Below are positions 10,001 to 17,992 of a stretch of 64,000 nt of DNA, piece after piece; the first letter of the stretch is position 1; every line of letters begins with the position of its first letter. This stretch comes from Limnochordaceae bacterium (GTDB lineage: Bacteria > Bacillota > Limnochordia > Limnochordales > DUMU01), in assembly GCA_014896305.1 (NCBI GenBank), contig JADBKQ010000005.1, positions 12,381 to 76,380 of the forward strand, given 5' to 3'. The position numbers were made by a program, and so were the translations under genes. The notes beneath the pieces are model-generated. The model was not told the DNA's origin. It made no database searches and was given only the letters and a program-made list of their open reading frames with translations.

Positions 10001-10118
10001 AGCCTCCAGCAGCTCCCTTACGAATGCAGAAGGAAAAGCAGCGGGTTCAGCCGCCGCTCCTACAGATTCCCTGCAACAGGCCTGGCGCTACCTGGCTCGC
10101 CGTCGCCGGTCACGCTAG
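7065..10118 (+). CDS. membrane protein with two VWA domains and a GATase1-like (DUF1355-type) middle domain
   Basis: ATG 7065 shares one base with the upstream TGA (cTGATGg). Two N-terminal TM helices. MIDAS-like motifs FVADLSDS and LLLIDQSGSMGD. A GGGLFVIGGPNSYGPGGY segment. A C-terminal TM helix and basic tail. Confidence 0.8.
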   Translation: MVRFLQPQGFWLLTGLAGMAMVAGRVFRHSTREPEGGSPSSPSAPSSRPWLWLALRTLAVLCVTLALARPVWDRPQPFESRVFVADLSDSIPPTLQQAEAEWISRQLTRSDSHHPAAVVAFGESALVERPLRPQATQAAPSPTQGFLSRPGGSATHIEAALELAASLIPPGLPARLVLLSDGGETDGSALQQVERLRQRNLPVDVLTLPTHTGEEVAVVGLRAPSRIASTQPSLAATILIERFGPPLTVPLEVTVAGSPVYRASVALHSGKNSVRLSLPLPPDARQSNTFAVEVTLTADPRHDQQPGNNRSAFLVRVSGPARYLVVTSDPAQSLAAPLLQQQGLTVDVLPPAALPAQVGGLAGWAAIVFEDLPAYTLTDLQLKAVQRYVEQAGGGLFVIGGPNSYGPGGYFGTPLEQVLPVYSEAPERVFAPSLALLLLIDQSGSMGDLVATESSGSTGTSPASPSASAPMQTKLDLAKQAALAAASVLSPADLIGVISFQTSPIWAVPLQRAENQLLIRAQLSRLLPGGGTAIAPALQQAAALLPGVQAMVKHVLLLTDGRGETNDYSALIQQLRKAGATLTTVAVGQDADQALLQEMARQGSGRFYAADPRQVPRIFVTETQSVTRDLRRDETFVPLPAAAGPAPFWPSQEPLPPLHGYVMTTPKPQAQLWYIVPSQKSPLLVGGRFGLGQSVVFTSGLAGRWGESWRRWPQLGAFLAQIVRSLANVAADEQLRSRLEFHGGEARLILEAVRPDGTYRSFLHPTATLAFPSGHQENVALQEQQPGLYVGEVAAAESGPYLATFTVPSETGTSPPERTQAVALQPYPAEYRQQQSRRPPLLFELATLTGGHLLTFDSDAWSVGGRQLAVPVPLTALFLALAALSFLADLSVRYVPAGSLGRLRQWWGARLSSWRHRRRAVPARSPASPAGPAPSTPTPAPGHTLAPAAIETSQAQDPLEELLRERLAHLYEERRQILSASSSSLTNAEGKAAGSAAAPTDSLQQAWRYLARRRRSR

Positions 10119-10662
10119 CTTGTGACGGCCTCTCCTCCAACCCTCGGCTGGCAGCTACCGCCAGCTGGTCACAGCGTTTGTTCAACGGATCCTGATCATG
10201 TCCTCGCACCCATTGCCAGCGGATCCGGTGCTGCCGAGCCAAAGCCAGCAGCTCTTGCCAGAGGTCCTGGTTTTCAACTGCCGTACCACGGCTGGTTCTC
10301 CACCCATTAGCCTGCCAGCGGGGCACCCACTCTTGAATCCCTTTGATCAGGTACTGAGAGTCTGAATGGATTTCGATGCTCTGAGCCGACCCAGCCCTTC
10401 GTAGTGCCTCGATGGCGGCCGTCAGCTCCATCCGGTTGTTGGTGGTCCGCTCGGCCGCTCCCGACAGTTCCTGTTGCTCCGTTAACCCGCCGTCTACCCA
10501 GGTCTGCAGAATGGCCGCCCATCCGCCGGGACCTGGATTACCCGAGCACGCCCCATCCGTCCAGATGCGAATGATCCTGCCTCCTCCCCCTATCGCTTGC
10601 ACCTCCTCTGCCTCCCGCTGGTTACGACTCTTCTTCCCCATGGCGAACGAGAGGTTTTCCAT
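10060..10662 (-). CDS. rnhA: ribonuclease HI
   Basis: Contains IWTDGACSGNPGPGGWA, TNNRMEL, IHSDSQY and NKRCDQLA, which gives the DEDD catalytic tetrad context. Confidence 0.9.
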   Translation of the reverse strand: MENLSFAMGKKSRNQREAEEVQAIGGGGRIIRIWTDGACSGNPGPGGWAAILQTWVDGGLTEQQELSGAAERTTNNRMELTAAIEALRRAGSAQSIEIHSDSQYLIKGIQEWVPRWQANGWRTSRGTAVENQDLWQELLALARQHRIRWQWVRGHDQDPLNKRCDQLAVAASRGLEERPSQASVTGDGEPGSARPVAGNL

Positions 10663-10809
10663 GCCTATCCAGCATATCGCCCCGCCGCCGGGGATGCAAC
10701 GTGTCGGGGAGCTATGATTTGCTTACGCCTGAATCATCGCAACGGGCTCAAGAAAGCGGCAGTGCTCTGTCTCCGTCCCTCGCTGCCATTGACCAGCGGG
10801 CCCCAGGCC

Positions 10810-13800
10810 TCATTCGGTGGAGATCTCCGCCTCCACCGGGCCGATCTGCGGCACCACCTGGCGGAAATGCTGTTCCGGCGCTTGCCCCCATCCCGCTACG
10901 AGGGCCGCTTCATCGGGCTGCCCGCTGTCTGCCAGCGCCTGCACATATGCGGACAGCAAGGCAACCACATCTGCCCGCCCTTCAGCATCTAATCCCTCCA
11001 GCCTCACTCTCGCCCCTTGGGCCAGACGCCGCCGCAGCGCCTCCTCGGTCAGCCCCATCTCCGGCCAGAAGTGCAGGTAGACCCGGCCGCCGGTCATCCC
11101 CGCACAGATCCACGGACCGGGGTCCCCCAACACAACGACTCGTCCCGCCGTCATGTACTCGAATGCGAACCCCTTTAGATTGGCATCCAGCCCCAGTGAA
11201 GGTTCAAGGGCGACCGGATGGGCCGGCAAAGCTCCAAACACGACATCGGCACCGGATAACCGGATGCAGGCGCGGGCATCGGCGTCCCCCTGTACCAGGA
11301 AAAGGCCCTGCTGGGCGCCGTACGCAAAACTCTTCCCTACGGCACCGCCCACCCGGCGTCCCCATTGATTCCGGCCCTTGACGATCGTCACCCGTCCGCC
11401 GGCGGACAACTTGGCCACCCCATCCTGAGCCCCGCCTTCTACGAAGATCTCTTCGTGCTCCACGTTGAACGCCGCCAAGCCGTTCCCTGGCACTGAGCCC
11501 CCGTTCAATACCAGACGGGCAGCCGTAGGAAACTGCGCCGCCTGGCGACAGACTGCCCCGGCCAAATGCGTCCCCATCACCCGGTCACGACTCGAGAGGG
11601 TGTGCCCATGGAAGGTATACACGGGCGCCGACTGCCTCTGCTCAGCCCCAGAGTGCGCGGCTGCCCAGGCCCGCGCCTGGGCGGTGACCTGGGCGGTCAA
11701 GCCAAACCGATGAACTTCGGCTGCACCCGCTTCTTGTGCCGCTGCCGGCAAGGACTCCCGAGAAGCTGGAGTCTCGCAGGGAGCGTGGTCTACCGCCCGC
11801 GGGTGGTGGTCGCCGGCAGGCAAGTCGGGGCCGTGTCCCGGCTGGGTCTGTCGCCCTCCATAGGCCTGTAGTCCGTGCCCTCCATGGGCCTGCAGATGAA
11901 TGGCTGTAGGAACAGGCTCGGGCGTAGGGGGAGCGGCCGTCACCAGCAGACCACTCAGATCCACCCGTTCCCGCGCCCGCACCTGGTGCAGCCAGTCGAC
12001 CCGTCCTACCAGGTCTTGCAGGCGGCGCACCCCCCATGACGCCAGTTGCCGGGCTACCTCTTGCCCGAGGGCTTGGAAGAAGTGTGCCAGTTGCCCGCTG
12101 GCGACCTCCTGTTGCCGCGGCACAAACCGTTTCAGCCCCCGGGTTCTGGCCTCCTCTTCGCTTTCGATCTGCGTCGTAATCCCGACGTGGCAAGTGTCCA
12201 GCTGACAGCCGCGGCAGATCGTGCAGCCGATGGCCACCATGGACAATGTGCCGAAGCCGACCCGGTTTGCCCCCATCAGCACCATCTTGATCACATCGGC
12301 CGCGGACTTCATGCCGCCATCACACCAGATTTCCACCTGCTGGCGCAAACCTGCGGCCAGCAAGGCCTCGTGGGCCTCCCGCACCCCAATCTCGGCCGGC
12401 AGTCCCACATGGCGGATGGCATGGGCGCGGGCGGCCCCAGTTCCCCCGTCGAATCCAGAGACATTGATGATATCCGCCCCCGCTTTGGCAATTCCTACCG
12501 CGATGGTCCCGATGCCGGGCACAACCGGTACCTTTACGATCACCTTGGCCAGGGGGTTGACCGTCTTGAGTTCATGGATGAACTGGGCCAGATCTTCGAT
12601 CGAGTAGATGTCGTGATTGTTAGAGGGGGAGATCAGGTCCACGCCGGGCCGGGCATGGCGAGCCGCCGCCACCTTGGCCGAGACCTTCCGTCCCGGCAGA
12701 TGTCCACCCTCTCCCGGCTTCGCCCCCTGCCCGACTTTGATCTCCAGATAGCGGGCGGAGTTGACCACCTTCGCCTGAATCCCGAATCGTCCGGACGCGA
12801 TCTGAATGCCACGGTTGGCCCAGTACCGGCCGAGCAGGTCGGGCAGCTCGCCCCCTTCCCCGTTGAGGCAAATCATGTTGGCCCGCCAGGCCGCTTCAGC
12901 GTAAGCCCGGTACGCGGTCTCACTCTGGGACCCAAAAGACATGGAACTGATAACAAAGGGCAACCAGTGGTCCCCGATCCGCAAATCCACCTGCTCTGGC
13001 TTGAGCGGCGCTGAGGTACCATCGCTCTCGAACGGGGGTGCGACCTCCAGCACGTGTCGCAGGGCGACCGGATCCGCCTGCGTCAGCTCCGCCAGCTGGC
13101 GTTCATACGCTGCGAACGGCAAGAGCCCCTGGGCCACGGCGGCGGCGCCTTTCCAGATCTTCGGATACAGATGAAACGGTCGGCTTGGCCTGGCCTCGAC
13201 CTGACCTGTAAACACCTGCCGCCGCCGTTCACTCTCCTGCTCCAGCACTCCCCAACCGCCATCCGCCAGGGCGGGGCCAGCCCAACCTGGGCAGCCCAAC
13301 TCCTGCAAGATCGATGCAGGTAACCCGATGGCCGAGAAGAGCCGGTGATAGCCGCGCAGCTCGTGTATACCCAGCGTCGAGAGCACCTTCTCGATCCCCT
13401 GCTGCAGCTGGGTAACGGCACGGCCTACCCCATCCTCCCCCGCCTGAGTGCGGGCCACTTCCCACAAGACGTACGGATCGACGGCGTCAGCTCCCAATCC
13501 CAGGGCCACCACGATATCGTGTAGATTCCGCAGCCCTGCTGATCGCAAGACCAGGCCCACGCTGCGGCGAACGGCCGTCCCCGCCTGGCCGTCAGGATCC
13601 GCCGTCGCGGCGGCGGTCGCCCGGGATAGCGTGCGATCGATGCGGGCAACCGCCAGATGCGGATCGAGCCACCCCCAGTGGCCGGTCACCGCGGCCCTGT
13701 CGTCCAGCACAAGAAGACGCGCCCCTGCCGCCGCGGCCGCCATGGCCTCGTTGGCCATCCGATCCAGCGCCTCCAGCATGCTCTCCCCCGGCTGAACTCC

Positions 13801-15690
13801 CACCTTCAGCCGGGCCCAGGCTCCCTCGAACGCCGCCTCCAGACTGGCGATATCGTAGATAGGGACGGTCGCCGTCACCGGGGCAAAGAGCGGCTGGTCC
13901 ACCAGCAGGGGGTGGCGAAGCTCCACCAGCTCCCACCCTCCCCTGCCGTTGACCCCGTTCGCGCTGCCCGGCATGGAGCTGCTGGCGGTGGGGTCGCCCA
14001 GAGCTACGCCAGTCGCAGCGGTCATACTCGCGCAGCCGCGGGAGTCCGGTTCACGAAAGAGCGGACGACGCCCCAACAGAACACGGGTTGAAAAGTGCTC
14101 TTGCTCCCGTTCCCGGTCAATGGCCGGGTTGGTCACCACGGCCACTGTCTCTTTGAGATAATCGGAGAGGTTGGCCGGGATTTTCCCCAGGGCTGCCAAG
14201 GGGGCGTCATAGCCCAGGGAGTGAATGGGATCCCGCCCGGATTGGGCCAGCTCTTCGACCCAGCGCTGATCTTCCTGCTGCCACCCGGCCCCGGCCAACA
14301 CTCGCTCCAGATCGAGCTTGGTCGTCTCTGATACTGGACCATGGCTGCCGCTGGTCAGGGGCGATGCCCCCTCTACCCGCCGGTGGGCCGGCGGCCAACC
14401 CCGTTCACCCGCCCGTGCCAAGACGAACGCCTGGATCTCCGGATAGCGGAAAAGACGCGTCTGGCCGGCCGTAGCTGGGACGGGCGAAGGCCTGACTGGT
14501 TCAGCCGGAAGTTGCACCCACACTTTCTCGCCAGGAGCGAGCGGACGAGGGTCACTCACCCAGCGAGCCACCGGGATGACCCCGGGTTCGGAAGAAAAGA
14601 CCCAGGCCGACTCGGTCTCCAGCTGCCAGACGGGTCGCAACCCCAAAGCGTCTACACTAAACTCCAGGTCGTTTCCGACCCGGGCGAAGATCGCGGCCGG
14701 ACCCTGGGCGAATGGCCCCCAAAGGTGGCGGTAGTACTCGTACAACTGCCGCAAAGCGGGAGGATAGGACTGTACTTCTCTTACGATGGGAGGAAAGAGG
14801 AGTTCCATCGCTTCAGGTAAGCTCAACCGCCAGCGACCCACGAAAACAGCCAGTACCCGGTTGAGGTCCTGGGAGTCACTGCCGTCCGGCACAGGGGGAA
14901 TCCCCACCAACTCTGCCTCCCGGCGCAAGGCGCGTATGGTATTGATCTCCCCGTTATGGCCCAGAAAGGAAAAAGGCTGCACCCGGGCGAAGGCACTGGC
15001 TGTGTTCGTCGAATAGCGGTTATGCCCAATACAGGCACGGGTCGTCAGCAACGGGTCGGTCAACTCCGGGTAGTACTCGGCCAGGGTGCCGGCCGAGCCC
15101 CGCAGCTTGTACACCACCGTATGCAGGCTGAGCGAGCAGGTGTGAATTGGGTACCGCCGCTCCAGATTTAGTTCAACGGCCAACAGGCGGGCCGCCAGCG
15201 AAAGCGTCTGCTCTGTGGCGAGAGCGGAGCGAGCAAGCCCGGCTACCTGGTAAAAGATAGGTTCTTCGCTTCTTCCCGCCGGCCCCAGCGCCTGCGAGCA
15301 CGTATGGCCCTCGCCATGCCAGAGGACGTCGACTCCGGCTGCCACCAGTTCCCGGCGGATTTCTTCCTCATAAAGAGAGGCTGGTTCACCGGCTCGGGGC
15401 CGGGGCAGGAAGAAATGCCCCACGACAAATCCGGGCGAATATGCAAGAGCAGGCTCTCGTCCGGCCTGCTCCAGCCGGCGGGCCCACCACGCCCGGGGGA
15501 TGTCCAATAAGAGCCCAGTTCCGTCCCCCTCGCCCTGCACTTCCCCCGCCCGGTGTCGCATGGCCACCAGAGCGTCCAGCGCCTCCTGAATCAACTGGTG
15601 AGTGGCTGCCCCCTCCTTGTCCACCAGCGCTACCAGACCACAGGCATCGTGTTCATCGGTCCGGGACTCCGGCTGCCAGCCCAAGCTCAT
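10810..15690 (-). CDS. gltB: glutamate synthase large subunit (GltB/GltS type; no adjacent small subunit)
   Basis: 1626 aa. The N-terminal propeptide ends ...HDAC-GLVALV (Ntn amidotransferase Cys). The FMN/Fe-S central domain carries GEGGELP...KVGQGAKPGEGGHLPG. A C-terminal GXGXG-type beta-helix domain is present. GGAGGGAG SD before the ATG. Confidence 0.95.
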   Translation of the reverse strand: MSLGWQPESRTDEHDACGLVALVDKEGAATHQLIQEALDALVAMRHRAGEVQGEGDGTGLLLDIPRAWWARRLEQAGREPALAYSPGFVVGHFFLPRPRAGEPASLYEEEIRRELVAAGVDVLWHGEGHTCSQALGPAGRSEEPIFYQVAGLARSALATEQTLSLAARLLAVELNLERRYPIHTCSLSLHTVVYKLRGSAGTLAEYYPELTDPLLTTRACIGHNRYSTNTASAFARVQPFSFLGHNGEINTIRALRREAELVGIPPVPDGSDSQDLNRVLAVFVGRWRLSLPEAMELLFPPIVREVQSYPPALRQLYEYYRHLWGPFAQGPAAIFARVGNDLEFSVDALGLRPVWQLETESAWVFSSEPGVIPVARWVSDPRPLAPGEKVWVQLPAEPVRPSPVPATAGQTRLFRYPEIQAFVLARAGERGWPPAHRRVEGASPLTSGSHGPVSETTKLDLERVLAGAGWQQEDQRWVEELAQSGRDPIHSLGYDAPLAALGKIPANLSDYLKETVAVVTNPAIDREREQEHFSTRVLLGRRPLFREPDSRGCASMTAATGVALGDPTASSSMPGSANGVNGRGGWELVELRHPLLVDQPLFAPVTATVPIYDIASLEAAFEGAWARLKVGVQPGESMLEALDRMANEAMAAAAAGARLLVLDDRAAVTGHWGWLDPHLAVARIDRTLSRATAAATADPDGQAGTAVRRSVGLVLRSAGLRNLHDIVVALGLGADAVDPYVLWEVARTQAGEDGVGRAVTQLQQGIEKVLSTLGIHELRGYHRLFSAIGLPASILQELGCPGWAGPALADGGWGVLEQESERRRQVFTGQVEARPSRPFHLYPKIWKGAAAVAQGLLPFAAYERQLAELTQADPVALRHVLEVAPPFESDGTSAPLKPEQVDLRIGDHWLPFVISSMSFGSQSETAYRAYAEAAWRANMICLNGEGGELPDLLGRYWANRGIQIASGRFGIQAKVVNSARYLEIKVGQGAKPGEGGHLPGRKVSAKVAAARHARPGVDLISPSNNHDIYSIEDLAQFIHELKTVNPLAKVIVKVPVVPGIGTIAVGIAKAGADIINVSGFDGGTGAARAHAIRHVGLPAEIGVREAHEALLAAGLRQQVEIWCDGGMKSAADVIKMVLMGANRVGFGTLSMVAIGCTICRGCQLDTCHVGITTQIESEEEARTRGLKRFVPRQQEVASGQLAHFFQALGQEVARQLASWGVRRLQDLVGRVDWLHQVRARERVDLSGLLVTAAPPTPEPVPTAIHLQAHGGHGLQAYGGRQTQPGHGPDLPAGDHHPRAVDHAPCETPASRESLPAAAQEAGAAEVHRFGLTAQVTAQARAWAAAHSGAEQRQSAPVYTFHGHTLSSRDRVMGTHLAGAVCRQAAQFPTAARLVLNGGSVPGNGLAAFNVEHEEIFVEGGAQDGVAKLSAGGRVTIVKGRNQWGRRVGGAVGKSFAYGAQQGLFLVQGDADARACIRLSGADVVFGALPAHPVALEPSLGLDANLKGFAFEYMTAGRVVVLGDPGPWICAGMTGGRVYLHFWPEMGLTEEALRRRLAQGARVRLEGLDAEGRADVVALLSAYVQALADSGQPDEAALVAGWGQAPEQHFRQVVPQIGPVEAEISTE

Positions 15691-15726
15691 AGGTTCTCCC
15701 TCCAGGGGATCACAGTCAACTTAACT

Positions 15727-15761
15727 GTCACATAGTGACTAAAATACTGTCACTTGGTGAC
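15727..15761 (-). promoter_or_regulatory. two phased dyad symmetry elements GTCAC-N3-GTGAC (candidate operator sites or 5'-UTR hairpins)
   Basis: Dyads at 15749-15761 and 15727-15739, 22 bp centre to centre. Each extends as the direct repeat GTCAC-N3-GTGACAGT on the minus strand. They sit immediately downstream of the predicted -10. A third dyad, ACAGT-N7-ACTGT, is at 15712-15728. Confidence 0.45.
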
Positions 15762-15765
15762 GCCC

Positions 15766-15794
15766 ATTATAGAGGAGAACCTCGCCCCTGACAA
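15766..15794 (-). promoter_or_regulatory. sigma70-type promoter for gltB (TTGTCA-N17-TATAAT)
   Basis: On the minus strand: TTGTCA (15794-15789), a 17-nt spacer, then a perfect TATAAT (15771-15766). It lies about 76 nt upstream of the gltB ATG. Confidence 0.6.
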
Positions 15795-15845
15795 GAGGAA
15801 CGGCACGCAGAATCTGCAAATCGTAATGACTCTTATCTGCTATCC

Positions 15846-16010
15846 TCATCCCCTGTGTTCGCGTTTCCAGGTTCGGTCATTTTCCACCTGCGCCTGCTGA
15901 CACTTGCGAGCCACCTCTTGCAGCACCTTCTCTTCCCAGGTGAGGTGGTGGAGCCGTTCCCCCAGGTTGGGTGGTCGTACCCGGAGCGCCAGCGCCGGTC
16001 GGCGGTCCAT
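15846..16010 (-). CDS. candidate small protein (54 aa), unknown function
   Basis: Internal ATG of the 181-aa track ORF. It is preceded by AAAGGGGTGAGAGGA (SD-like). Hand-counted GC3 is about 72%, similar to neighbouring genes. Charged helical sequence: MDRRPALALRVRPPNLGERLHHLTWEEKVLQEVARKCQQAQVENDRTWKREHRG. Confidence 0.4.
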   Translation of the reverse strand: MDRRPALALRVRPPNLGERLHHLTWEEKVLQEVARKCQQAQVENDRTWKREHRG

Positions 16011-16107
16011 TCCTCTCACCCCTTTCTGCAAGGGACAGGAATATGGCTCCCAGCAGCGTAGTACAAAGAAGGTCGCACGATCTGGGGGATTTCGAGGGGG
16101 TTCGAGC

Positions 16108-17310
16108 ATGTCCACCTTGACATCGACGGGACTCGCGCTACCTGCCCTGCCGGTCGTGATGCTGGCCGGCGCGGTGGTTCTCCTCGCCGTCGCCACCGTC
16201 CTATCCGCGCCTGCCCAGGCTGGTCCGCCAAGTTCTTTCATTCTATTAGCGGATCGGTCCAGCTTCGCCGGTGCCGAAGTCGACGGTCTGGTCTGGCAAG
16301 GCGAGGCGTCGCAGGCTGGAACGGGCCGGGCCGGCTGGGTGCTCAATGCGACGGGCATCGCCCGCGGGTATGGGCAGCTCACCACCGCCATCCTGTCCTT
16401 TCAGTTCCCGGTCACCGAAGTGGTCGCCTCCTGGAACGTCCAAACGCCGCCCAACAGCTATCTTCGGGTCGAAGTCCGAGCCCTGGCCCCGAACGGGACG
16501 TGGACCCCCTGGTACTCTCTGGGCGTCTGGCCGGGTGGGGTGGGCAAGCCGGCTGGCTGGCGACGGGATGTCACGGCCCGGGTCAACGAGGATACGCTCG
16601 TACTGACGGAACCGGCCCAGCAAGTGCAGCTGCGCGCGACCCTTTACGCCAGTCCGGGCGGCCTGTCGCCCCGCTTGAGCCTGCTCGCCCTGGTTGGGTC
16701 TTTGCCTCTCCTCACGCCACCGCCGTCCACTGCCGGCGATTCCACTGTTGCATCTGCCGCCGCCCCGCCCGCCAGCAGCGGCACACCGGCTGCCCCTGCG
16801 CCAGCCGCCTGGGGGAAGGTGCTGCCAGTGCCCTTTCGCTCCCAACGGGTGGAGGATCCGTCCATCGCCGGTAGGATCTGCGGCCCCACCTCTCTGGCTA
16901 TGGTTCTAGAGTATTACGGTCGCAATTTCCCCACGGCCGTAGTGGCCCAAATCGCTTATGACCAGCTGAATGGCATCTATGGCAACTGGCCTTTCCTGGC
17001 CGCCACCGCGGCCGAAGCCGGGTTAACAGCCTACGTTACCCGGTTCAGCGGCTGGGAGGGGGTGGAGCAAGAGATCCTGGCGGGACACCCCGTCATCATC
17101 TCGATCCACTTCGGCCCGGATGAACTGCCGGGAGCGCCCATCCGCTCCACGGACGGCCATCTGCTGGTCGTGAGAGGCTTTACAGCTACCGGAGACATTC
17201 TGGTGAACGACCCAGCCGCCTGGAGTGCCTCCGATGGGCAGATCGCGTACGATCGCCAGGCCTTGCTGCGCGCCTGGGACAACGGGGTCGCCATAGTTGT
17301 CGCACCGTAA
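16108..17310 (+). CDS. secreted peptidase C39-like (C39_2/BtrH-like cysteine peptidase) with N-terminal beta-rich domain
   Basis: Signal/anchor peptide MSTLTSTGLALPALPVVMLAGAVVLLAVATVLSAPAQA. The C-terminal domain has FRSQRVEDPSIAGRICGPTSLAMVLEYYG and HLLVVRGF...NDPA, typical of C39-like peptidases. The track ORF start at 15904 was rejected as an extension. Confidence 0.8.
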   Translation: MSTLTSTGLALPALPVVMLAGAVVLLAVATVLSAPAQAGPPSSFILLADRSSFAGAEVDGLVWQGEASQAGTGRAGWVLNATGIARGYGQLTTAILSFQFPVTEVVASWNVQTPPNSYLRVEVRALAPNGTWTPWYSLGVWPGGVGKPAGWRRDVTARVNEDTLVLTEPAQQVQLRATLYASPGGLSPRLSLLALVGSLPLLTPPPSTAGDSTVASAAAPPASSGTPAAPAPAAWGKVLPVPFRSQRVEDPSIAGRICGPTSLAMVLEYYGRNFPTAVVAQIAYDQLNGIYGNWPFLAATAAEAGLTAYVTRFSGWEGVEQEILAGHPVIISIHFGPDELPGAPIRSTDGHLLVVRGFTATGDILVNDPAAWSASDGQIAYDRQALLRAWDNGVAIVVAP

Positions 17311-17428
17311 GTCTGGTCTGTTGGCCGGGCAAAGCCGAGCGTCAGCGGGGGATTTCCACCGGCGCCGTGCATAGCATGACGTGAACGGACGTTGGGCGTC
17401 TGTCCACTTGCATAGCGAGGTGAGAGAT

Positions 17429-17779
17429 ATGGAGCAACCTGCCGCTACCGGACGCCGTCTGCAGCTCATCGTGGAACACGGTTGGGTGGTGGAGAACCTG
17501 CACCAGCTCGGGCCAGGCAGCATGTACCACCTGGCGTACGCCACCGCCCACACGGACCCGCAGGTGCTCGACGATATCCGCAACGGCCTGCTGGGCCCGG
17601 GGGCGTATGCCGAGATCGTGCTGCTCCAGGAAGGTCACCTGCATCCGGTGGGCGCGGTGGAGATCTCCCAGATCAATGACTACCTCAGTTACGTCCGGTT
17701 CGACTTCCGCCTGCTCGAACTGAAAGACGACGTGCCCCCGCCCCCACAGGGAGCACGGCTGTTGTGCCGGTACGTCTAG
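17429..17779 (+). CDS. hypothetical protein (116 aa)
   Basis: ATG preceded by GAGGTG 6 nt upstream. No motif recognised. Coding-like composition. Confidence 0.45.
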   Translation: MEQPAATGRRLQLIVEHGWVVENLHQLGPGSMYHLAYATAHTDPQVLDDIRNGLLGPGAYAEIVLLQEGHLHPVGAVEISQINDYLSYVRFDFRLLELKDDVPPPPQGARLLCRYV

Positions 17780-17992
17780 GCAGCTTTCTGGTAGGCGTTT
17801 GCGGATCCGGCCCGAGGCAAGAGAAGGCTGGTTTGGCTTGGCCGGGCCGCCGCGACCGCCAGGAATTTGGCGTTACGCACAGAATAAGTGAGTTAGCCGT
17901 CTTGGGTGGCCGCCAAGGCGCCAGCCAGGGTTGTGACGCACCAGTGGGACAACCTCAAGGCCACATATTCTCTGAGGTCAGGAGGACTATCT

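Noticed and set aside
12046-13014. 322-aa plus-strand ORF (with neighbours 11900-12205 and 12221-12607) inside gltB
   Set aside because: It is antisense to a strongly supported glutamate synthase gene. The translation is Arg/Pro/Gly-rich with no motifs. This is the typical high-GC antisense ORF artefact.
10810-15690. Possible intein or domain fusion explaining the large size (1626 aa) of GltB
   Set aside because: No intein block motifs are visible (Cys/Ser...HN-Cys junction pattern). The extra length is spread over low-complexity linkers, for example the His/Gly/Pro-rich linker before the C-terminal domain.
15904-16107. N-terminal 68-aa extension of the C39-like peptidase ORF. Similar extensions occur at 33822, 23433, 40767, 34309, 38664, 48663, 49471 and 44356.
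   Set aside because: The extensions are Arg/Ser/Cys-rich and lack an SD. They overlap neighbouring genes or promoters. In each case an internal start has a good SD and gives a canonical N-terminus or signal peptide.
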